A stretch of DNA of 64,000 nt from an uncultured Aminicenantes bacterium (GTDB lineage Bacteria; Acidobacteriota; Aminicenantia; UBA2199): the NCBI GenBank assembly GCA_965195285.1, contig CBDAFS010000030.1, positions 1 through 64,000 on the forward strand, in the 5' to 3' direction. The notes beneath the pieces were generated by a model, which was not told the DNA's origin, did not search any database, and saw only the letters and a list, made by a program, of their open reading frames with translations. A program made the position numbers and the translations under genes. Of this stretch, positions 56,787-64,000 are shown one piece after another (the first letter of the stretch is position 1; every line of letters begins with the position of its first letter).

Positions 56787-58220
56787 ATGATCAAATTTAC
56801 AGAGAATCAGTTGAAGACACCGCAATTTATGAGACCGGTATATCTGGTTACTGCCGGTCAATCCAAATTCGACCGGGCCATTCCCGAAAAAAAGACCGAA
56901 GAGCTCTGTGTGGATGCCCTGACCATGGCGGCCGAGCTGGTCAACCTGACACCGGCCGAATTGAAGGGTTATATTCATTCCTGTTATTACGGGCATTTTG
57001 CCGATCATTTCGGAGATCAACTGCTCGGAGAAGCGGTCATACATGACCGTCTGGGCCTGGATCCCTTAGGCAATGTGGGGATCAAGACCGGCGGGGCCAC
57101 CGGTGGTTCCACCCTGTGGGAAGCCGCCAAAACCGTGGCCTCCGGTTACTCGGATTGCGTACTGGCCATGGGCTGGGAACGCATGGATGAAGTTCCCACC
57201 GATGAAGGCAATTTTCTTATTTCCTGTGCTGCCGACAAAGACTGGGAATCCCCGTTGGGTTATATCTATACCGGATACTATGCTGTCATGGCCCAGCGCT
57301 ACTGGCAGGTATTCGGCAAGGAAGAGGAATCCTTCCGCAAAACCCTAGCCGAAATTTCAGTGAAGCACCACGGCTATGCCCGCATGAACCCCTTTGCTCA
57401 ATCCCCCATGAAAATCACAGTCGATGATGTTCTCAATTCACCGGTGGTGGCCGATCCCCTGCGGGCTCTGGACTGCTGCCTGATGAGTGTCGGGGCGGCC
57501 TGCGCGATTATTGCCGATGAAAAGACCGCCATGGAAATTGCCCGGAATTCCGATATCAAACCGCTGCGTATCTGGGTAACGGCCGGTTCCCATACCCTGC
57601 GACCGGCAGACCGGCGACCCATGGACATTCCCCTGCTTCCCAACGAAACCCCGGATTTATATGAAGATCTGGAAGATCGCTTCCCGGGCGCCGGACGTTA
57701 TCCCGGATTCTCGGCTTTCCTGGGAGCCCGGATGTGCGCCTACTACGGCTATCGCATGGCCGGTGTGAAGGATCCCTGCGAAGACCTCGATGTGATCGAA
57801 CTTCACGATGCTTTTACCATCAGTGATATTCAGACCTATGAAGATATCGGAATCCGGCCCTATGGTCAGGGCAGGACCTATGTGGAATCCGGTGATTGTT
57901 ACCATACCAATCCCAAAACCGGCCAGCCGGGAAAACTTCCTTCCAATCTGTCCGGAGGCCTGATCGGCTGTATGCACGCTGTGGGTGCCACCGGAATCAT
58001 GCAGACTTTCGAAATCGCCAACCACATCTGGGGAATCTGGGAGAAAATTCACGGTGATGAAAATCGCTGGAAAGCCTTCCGGCGGGAAAAACCCGCTGAC
58101 TGGACCAACCTGCAGGTCAATGGAGCCAAACGGGGCCTGGCCATCAGCCATGCCGGGGTGGGATCCCATGTCACCTGCACCATCCTGATGGATCCCGATC
58201 ACCTGTTGAAGCAGGATTAG
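56787..58220 (+). CDS. Thiolase-fold protein (SCP2/archaeal type) lacking the N-terminal catalytic Cys
   Basis: GGATGG, G.E.M, NP.AQ, GA.A, ELHDAFT, N.SGG, HAVGATG. Confidence 0.88.
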   Translation: MIKFTENQLKTPQFMRPVYLVTAGQSKFDRAIPEKKTEELCVDALTMAAELVNLTPAELKGYIHSCYYGHFADHFGDQLLGEAVIHDRLGLDPLGNVGIKTGGATGGSTLWEAAKTVASGYSDCVLAMGWERMDEVPTDEGNFLISCAADKDWESPLGYIYTGYYAVMAQRYWQVFGKEEESFRKTLAEISVKHHGYARMNPFAQSPMKITVDDVLNSPVVADPLRALDCCLMSVGAACAIIADEKTAMEIARNSDIKPLRIWVTAGSHTLRPADRRPMDIPLLPNETPDLYEDLEDRFPGAGRYPGFSAFLGARMCAYYGYRMAGVKDPCEDLDVIELHDAFTISDIQTYEDIGIRPYGQGRTYVESGDCYHTNPKTGQPGKLPSNLSGGLIGCMHAVGATGIMQTFEIANHIWGIWEKIHGDENRWKAFRREKPADWTNLQVNGAKRGLAISHAGVGSHVTCTILMDPDHLLKQD

Positions 58221-58242
58221 TAATTTTAATAAGGAGATAACC

Positions 58243-58833
58243 ATGAGTCTATATGGAAACGCCAAGGTAAAAAATTGGAGATACAAAATAAAAGGAAATT
58301 TTCATTTCAACCATAGCCCATCCCCCATTCGAAATGTCGATGATAACGACCACCTGCTGGGAATCACCAAACCCCGCCACATGATCTATTTGCACAGCTA
58401 CGGCGGAGAAGCCCCGTTTTTCGAGGGGTTAAGCCAGGGCAAGCTCCTGGGAACCCGCTGCGACAATCCGGGCTGTGAATTCAAGGGCACCATATACCAG
58501 CCTTACCGCATACACTGTCCTGACTGTCTGGCACGCTGCACCGAGCTGGATATGACCGATACAGCCAAGAACGAGGGCTATATTCACACCTTCATGATCT
58601 GCGAACGGTCAGGCGCTTTCAATACCCTTGACAAGCCAATTAAATTCATCAATATCGAATTCAAAGGGGTGTCTACCATATTGATGAGCTACCTGTCGGT
58701 CGGCGAGCCCAAAATCGGAACCCGGGTCATCCCCATTTTCAAAAAGGTCGACCCCAGCTATACCATCATCGATCTCTCCTGGGTGGTAGAGGGCACCCAA
58801 GCGGATCAGCTGCCTGACGGCTTCAGCTTTTAA
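58243..58833 (+). CDS. Zn-ribbon/OB-fold protein (DUF35)
   Basis: FFEGL..GKLLGTRC...C, P.RIHCPDC, IG.RV.P.F; follows the thiolase-fold gene. Confidence 0.85.
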   Translation: MSLYGNAKVKNWRYKIKGNFHFNHSPSPIRNVDDNDHLLGITKPRHMIYLHSYGGEAPFFEGLSQGKLLGTRCDNPGCEFKGTIYQPYRIHCPDCLARCTELDMTDTAKNEGYIHTFMICERSGAFNTLDKPIKFINIEFKGVSTILMSYLSVGEPKIGTRVIPIFKKVDPSYTIIDLSWVVEGTQADQLPDGFSF

Positions 58834-58897
58834 TAGCCATCCAATCTTCTCGAAAGCAGCCGCACCAAATTCAGGCCAAATTTAACCGGGGGTAATT

Positions 58898-60055
58898 GTG
58901 GAAGATTTTGAACTAAGCGAAGAACAAAAAATGATACGTGCGTCAATTCGAGATTTTGCCGAGGGCGAGATCGCCCCGGTTGCCGAAGCGCTCGATGAAC
59001 ACGAGAAATTTTCGGTTGAATTGACCAAGAAAATGGGAGACATCGGTCTATTCGGAATCTTTGTGAACCCGGAATACGGAGGCTCGGGATTGGATTACCT
59101 CTCCTATATTATTGCCGTGGAAGAGGTAGCCAGAATCGATGGTTCCCAGGCTGCCACCGTGGCTGCCGGCAACTCGCTGGGCATTGGCCCCCTCTATTAT
59201 TTCGGCAATCAGAAGCAGAAGGAAAAATGGCTTCCGGAACTCTGCCGGGGTGAAAAATTGGCCTCCTTCGGTCTGACCGAACCCGAGGCCGGATCCGATG
59301 CCAGCGCCACCAAGACCACGGCCAAACTGGAAAACCAGCAGTGGACCATCAATGGCAGCAAGATTTTTATTACCAATTCCAGTTCTCCGATTTCATCGGT
59401 TTGCATGGCGTTGGCCAAGACCGGTAAGCGGGCCGACGGCAAAGACGAGCTCTCCTCAATCCTGGTTCCCAACGGAACCCCGGGTTTTGAAACCCGGACA
59501 ATGAAAAAGAAATTGATGTGGCGGAGTTCGGACACCGGGGAATTGTATTTTGATGACTGCCAGGTCCCGGAAGAAAACCTGCTGGGAAAACGCGGAGAGG
59601 GATTCCATCAGATGATGAAAACCCTGGACAATGGCCGCCTGGCCATTGCCGCCATGGGATTGGGAGGTGCCCAGGGCGCTTACGAGCTGGCCATGAAATA
59701 TTCCAAGGAACGGCACCAGTTCGGGGTTCCGATCTCCACCTTCCAGGTCAATGCCTTCAAACTGGCCGATATGGCCACTGAAATCGAGACTGCCCGGGCT
59801 CTGCTCTACAAGGCCTGCCGGATGAAAAACGCAGGATTGCCCTTTTCAAAAATTGCCGCCATGTCCAAACTCTATTGCTCTGAAGTAATGGGCCGGGTGG
59901 TGGATCAGGCTGTCCAGTTGCACGGTGGCTACGGGCTCATGAAAGAATACCCGGTAGAACGGTTTTACCGTGACCAGAAATTGCTCACCATCGGTGAAGG
60001 AACTTCTGAAATCCAACGGCTGGTCATCTCACGCCTGATCGGGTGCCCTTCATAA
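58898..60055 (+). CDS. Acyl-CoA dehydrogenase
   Basis: FGLTEPEAGSD, NGSKIFITN, R.QFG.PI, QLHGGYG, IGEGTSEIQR. Confidence 0.95.
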   Translation: MEDFELSEEQKMIRASIRDFAEGEIAPVAEALDEHEKFSVELTKKMGDIGLFGIFVNPEYGGSGLDYLSYIIAVEEVARIDGSQAATVAAGNSLGIGPLYYFGNQKQKEKWLPELCRGEKLASFGLTEPEAGSDASATKTTAKLENQQWTINGSKIFITNSSSPISSVCMALAKTGKRADGKDELSSILVPNGTPGFETRTMKKKLMWRSSDTGELYFDDCQVPEENLLGKRGEGFHQMMKTLDNGRLAIAAMGLGGAQGAYELAMKYSKERHQFGVPISTFQVNAFKLADMATEIETARALLYKACRMKNAGLPFSKIAAMSKLYCSEVMGRVVDQAVQLHGGYGLMKEYPVERFYRDQKLLTIGEGTSEIQRLVISRLIGCPS

Positions 60056-60094
60056 ATCCATTGAATTTAAAAATTCGATATAAGGAGTAAACAA

Positions 60095-60877
60095 ATGGAT
60101 AATACGGTCGTCATGATGGAAAACCATGAGGGGATCGGTATCATTACCATTAACCGTCCCGATAAATTGAATGCCCTGAACGGGGAAGTCATCGAACAGC
60201 TGGATGAAATCATCCAAACCCTGAAGACCGACCCGAAAGTCCAGGCGGTTATTTTCAGGGGAGCCGGAGAAAAATCTTTCGTGGCTGGGGCGGACATATC
60301 CCAGTTTCCCGAATACGGGCCTATGGAGGCCAAGCAAATGTCGCTCAAAGGCCAGGATATCATGAACCGAATCGAACACCTGCCCAAACCGGTAATTGCC
60401 GCCCTGAACGGGCTGGCCCTGGGGGGCGGGCTGGAACTGGCCATGGCCTGTCATATCCGGATTGCCGCCTCCAACGCACGGATGGGACAGCCGGAAGTCA
60501 AATTGGGTATCATTCCCGGATACGGCGGTACCCAGCGGTTGGCCCGGCTGGTGGGAAAAGGAAAGGCCATGGAACTCATCATGAGGGGAAACATGATCAC
60601 CGCCCAGGAAGCACTGGAGATCGGGCTGGTTAACCAGGTGGTCCCGTTGGAACAGCTGATGGAGGTATCTATTCAGATGCAGAGAGAAATTTTGACCAAT
60701 GGCCCGATTGCGGTAAAAACCGCCATCGAAGCGATTAATCACGGGCTCAACCTCGGATTTGAGGAAGGCTGCACCCTGGAGGCCAACTTGTTTGCCACCC
60801 TGTTTTCAACCGCTGATCAAAAAGAGGGGGCCCTGGCCTTTCTGGGAAAGAGATCTCCCGAATTCAAGAATTCCTGA
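60095..60877 (+). CDS. Enoyl-CoA hydratase (crotonase)
   Basis: NRPDKLNAL, FVAGADI, GGGLELA, QPEVKLG.IPG.GGTQRL. Confidence 0.95.
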   Translation: MDNTVVMMENHEGIGIITINRPDKLNALNGEVIEQLDEIIQTLKTDPKVQAVIFRGAGEKSFVAGADISQFPEYGPMEAKQMSLKGQDIMNRIEHLPKPVIAALNGLALGGGLELAMACHIRIAASNARMGQPEVKLGIIPGYGGTQRLARLVGKGKAMELIMRGNMITAQEALEIGLVNQVVPLEQLMEVSIQMQREILTNGPIAVKTAIEAINHGLNLGFEEGCTLEANLFATLFSTADQKEGALAFLGKRSPEFKNS

Positions 60878-60897
60878 TCAAGTCCATACCGGTTCAT

Positions 60898-62883
60898 ATG
60901 ACCAAAGACAAACCCTCCGATTCACCCCAATCCAGGTTGCTATGGAGCCCGGACCGAATCCGGATCGAGAATTCCAATATGTTCCGGTTCATGAAGGTTA
61001 TCAACCAAAAATTCAACCGGAATTTTAACGACTATGCAGACCTCTATCAGTGGTCCATTGACCATATCCCCGATTTCTGGGCTTGTCTGTGGGATTTTCT
61101 GCAAATCAAGGCCAGCCAGCCCTATGACCGGGTGATCGACAGCCCGGATAAAATGCCCGGGGCCAAATGGTTCTCCAATGCCCGGTTGAATTTTGCCGAG
61201 AATCTCCTGCAGTTTCGGGACCAGCAGGTTGCCCTGATTTTCAAGGGTGAAAATCAGGATTGCCTGAAGATGACCTATGCCCAGCTGTACACTGAAGTGG
61301 CCGGAGTGGCCCGGTCCATGAAAGCAATGGGCATACAGCCCAATGACCGGGTGGTGGGATTCATGCCCAATATGCCCCAGACCATTGTGGCCATGCTGGC
61401 GGCGGTGAGCCTGGGGGCAACCTGGTCATCCTGCTCCCCGGATTTCGGGATCAAGGGAGTACTGGACCGGTTCGGTCAGATCCAGCCCAGCCTGCTGTTT
61501 ACCGCTGACGGTTACTGGTTTAAAGGCCGGAAAATAGACAGCCTGGATCGGATATCCGAAATACTGAAATCACTGCCCAGCCTGAAAAAAGTAGTGGTGG
61601 TCCCCTATGTCGATGAAAATCCCGGTATCGATCACCTGCCCAATGCAGTCCATTACCGGGATTTCGTAGCGTCCCAACCCGATCCGACCATCGAGTTTGC
61701 CCAGCTTCCCTTTGACCATCCCCTGTACATCATGTATTCATCCGGCACCACCGGTCTGCCCAAATGTATGGTCCAGAGTGCCGGGGGAATCCTGATCCAT
61801 CACCTGAAGGAACTGGTTCTTCACACCGACCTGAAGCGGGAAGACACAATATTCTATTTTACCACCTGCGGTTGGATGATGTGGAACTGGCTGGTCACTT
61901 CGCTGGCTACAGGGGCCACCCTGGTACTGTTTGATGGCAATCCCTTCCATCCCCATCCCGGCGCCCTCTGGGAATTAGCCGAACAGGAAAAGATTTCGGT
62001 TTTTGGGACCAGTGCCGGCTACCTTGCCGCCCTGCAGAATACAGGACTGAAACCCGGGCGGGAATATGACCTGGCTTCGCTCAAAACACTGCTCTCCACG
62101 GGTTCTCCCCTGTCCATCGAGGGTTTTGACTATGTCTACCGTGAAATCAAGGATGATCTTCAGCTGGCCTCCATTTGCGGTGGTACGGATATCAACGGCT
62201 GCTTTGCCCTGGGAAACCCCATGGGACCTGTTTATGCCGGGGAATTGCAGTGCAGGGGCCTGGCCATGAAGGTTTTTTCCTTTGATGAATCCGGACAACC
62301 GGTAACCAATCAGCAGGGAGAACTGGTATGCACCGCCCCTTTTCCTTCAATGCCCATTTATTTCTGGGATGATCCGGACAGCCAGAAGTATCTCCAGGCA
62401 TATTTTAATGTCTACCCCGGTGTCTGGCGTCACGGCGATTTTATCGAAATCACCGACCATGGCGGGGTCATTATTTACGGCCGCAGCGACACCACCCTGA
62501 ATCCCGGGGGAGTGCGGATCGGAACCGCCGAGATCTACCGCCTGGTTGAACTGATGGAGGAAATTGCCGATTGTGTAGTGGTCGGACAGGACTGGAAAAA
62601 CGATGTCCGTGTCATACTCTTCGTGGTCATGACCGAAGGCGTGGCCCTGAGTCCGGAGTTAAAAGACCGCATCAAAAAAACCCTCCGGCTGAATGCCTCT
62701 CCCCGCCACGTTCCGGCCAAGATCATCGAGGTACCGGACATCCCCTATACCCTGAACATGAAAAAAGTGGAGCTGGCGGTTAAAAAAGTCATCGAAGGCA
62801 GGCCGGTCCTGAATAAAGATGCACTCCGAAATCCCCAATCCCTGGATTACTTTGCCAGCCTGAAAGAACTGAAGGAAGAGTAG
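60898..62883 (+). CDS. Acetoacetate-CoA ligase
   Basis: LNFAENLL, SCSPDFG, YSSGTTGLPKC, GWMMWNW, GGTD, HGDF, GRSD.TLNPGGVRIGTAEIY. Confidence 0.95.
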   Translation: MTKDKPSDSPQSRLLWSPDRIRIENSNMFRFMKVINQKFNRNFNDYADLYQWSIDHIPDFWACLWDFLQIKASQPYDRVIDSPDKMPGAKWFSNARLNFAENLLQFRDQQVALIFKGENQDCLKMTYAQLYTEVAGVARSMKAMGIQPNDRVVGFMPNMPQTIVAMLAAVSLGATWSSCSPDFGIKGVLDRFGQIQPSLLFTADGYWFKGRKIDSLDRISEILKSLPSLKKVVVVPYVDENPGIDHLPNAVHYRDFVASQPDPTIEFAQLPFDHPLYIMYSSGTTGLPKCMVQSAGGILIHHLKELVLHTDLKREDTIFYFTTCGWMMWNWLVTSLATGATLVLFDGNPFHPHPGALWELAEQEKISVFGTSAGYLAALQNTGLKPGREYDLASLKTLLSTGSPLSIEGFDYVYREIKDDLQLASICGGTDINGCFALGNPMGPVYAGELQCRGLAMKVFSFDESGQPVTNQQGELVCTAPFPSMPIYFWDDPDSQKYLQAYFNVYPGVWRHGDFIEITDHGGVIIYGRSDTTLNPGGVRIGTAEIYRLVELMEEIADCVVVGQDWKNDVRVILFVVMTEGVALSPELKDRIKKTLRLNASPRHVPAKIIEVPDIPYTLNMKKVELAVKKVIEGRPVLNKDALRNPQSLDYFASLKELKEE

Positions 62884-62893
62884 ATCCTTTCGA

Positions 62894-64000
62894 TTAATCC
62901 GGGGTATCAATCAACTCCTGTGGATTGGACAACTTTCGCCTGTATAAAAAGTGTTCGGCAATCACATCAATGAGAATTTTCGGTTTTTCATGTTCTATCA
63001 CTTTTACCCAGAATCGAAAATTCCAGTCTCTCAGAAATAAGATACGTGAAAAATGATTTGATAAAAATGGTCTCAATGCCATTCCACTGGAATCATGAAA
63101 CATCACAGTCCCTGGAAAAGCCGGCAAGGGCCTCTCAATAATCATAGGTCTGAGAGTCCCGGACACTTCCAGTTCAGATGGAATGGGAACCTTTTCCCCG
63201 GCTCCGGAAATAACTGGTTTTAATTTTACCTTCCTCTCCCAGAACCGTTTGTCCTGAAATGCGAGCATCCTGGCTAAATTTCCATCCCTCATCATTGGTC
63301 TTTTTATTCTGAAATCGGAAATATCCAGAGGAGTGATATCCACATGCATGGGAAATGTTGAGGATAGACAGGTGATGATCCGGCAATAGGCCAGATAGGC
63401 CCCAAAATCATTCCAGTGAGAGTCGGTTTTATAATACAACACAGAATCCCGCTTACGGGACCGGAATAAATCTGTTAAGTTCAAAACATCTATATCAGAA
63501 TATCGTTGTAAATGGGTTATCAGCTGTTCTAATCGTGAATGGGCATAAAATTGCTTTATGAAATCCGGAAGGAATTCCGGGTATATTACACTCTTATCAG
63601 GAACAGGAATAAAAAGATAGAAAATATTCCTCTTTTTAAGCCACTGGTATCTTTGCTCCAGGACGATTCGCCATTGCTCCAGTTCATTGAAGGTGAAGGG
63701 TTGAATGGAGGAAAAATAGCCGGGGTGTTCAGGTGGAAGGTTCTGTTTGGCCTGAAACAACCAGTTATCTTTTCCCAGTATCACCTTTGAGACGGGTGAT
63801 TTATTGAAAATCTTAAACCTCATCCGGTTTTGAGTACGAATCAGGAATGATCTTAAAAAAAAGTGATTATTAAACCAGGTCTGGTAATTTTTTACAAAAT
63901 CATGGGGAGAACGGATATCGAAATGAATCCTGGATTTTGACGATCTTTTCTCCAGAAAAATCTCTTCGGAAGAAAATCGAACAATCTGAAACAGAAAAAC
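62894..64000 (-). CDS. AlgJ/AlgX-like SGNH O-acetyltransferase, 5'-truncated by window end
   Basis: GKDNWLF, P.K..IYPE.LP, YYKTDSHWN..GA, DS; frame stays open for 59 codons upstream of 63823 to the window edge. Confidence 0.82.
   Translation of the reverse strand, partial: VFLFQIVRFSSEEIFLEKRSSKSRIHFDIRSPHDFVKNYQTWFNNHFFLRSFLIRTQNRMRFKIFNKSPVSKVILGKDNWLFQAKQNLPPEHPGYFSSIQPFTFNELEQWRIVLEQRYQWLKKRNIFYLFIPVPDKSVIYPEFLPDFIKQFYAHSRLEQLITHLQRYSDIDVLNLTDLFRSRKRDSVLYYKTDSHWNDFGAYLAYCRIITCLSSTFPMHVDITPLDISDFRIKRPMMRDGNLARMLAFQDKRFWERKVKLKPVISGAGEKVPIPSELEVSGTLRPMIIERPLPAFPGTVMFHDSSGMALRPFLSNHFSRILFLRDWNFRFWVKVIEHEKPKILIDVIAEHFLYRRKLSNPQELIDTPD

Noticed and set aside
57657-60742. Long antisense ORFs (57657..58286, 60050..60742; also 37568..38194)
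   Set aside because: Shadows of GC-rich genes with well-supported products on the opposite strand

Overview
Contig-end window of a diderm bacterium. The gene mix (alpha-2-macroglobulin, DUF1566 kinase, PP2C phosphatases, four-helix-bundle genes) suggests Ca. Aminicenantes or another Acidobacteriota-like sediment lineage; this is inference only. Bases 1-29 are untrimmed Illumina adapter. About 30-31.8 kb is one minus-strand, mostly AT-rich surface-polysaccharide locus: Wzx, an O-antigen ligase/polymerase-like protein, GT2/GT4/GT-C transferases, rfbFGC, DegT and WecE aminotransferases, acyltransferases, FemAB/GNAT, MaoC+CitE, a CapK-like ligase and a truncated OYE gene. The GC-richer remainder carries a RAYT-family protein with a degenerate HUH motif, two PP2C phosphatases, an ABM protein, alpha-2-macroglobulin, a TonB receptor, a GHKL-ATPase/transglutaminase gene pair, a Ser/Thr kinase, MBOAT/SGNH O-acetylation genes and an acyl-CoA catabolic operon with a Cys-less thiolase. 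The most striking signal is non-coding: most large intergenic spaces from 27 to 54 kb are mosaics of short-repeat hairpin modules. These include two four-helix-bundle genes each clamped by inverted heptamer arrays, a gene-less copy of one cassette, a 105-bp hairpin of the same family inserted in frame inside an epimerase, ATGAC+hairpin arrays, GTAG REP doublets and hexamer arrays. Together they look like a poorly described family of ssDNA/RNA-structured mobile elements. All alignments and counts were made by eye.
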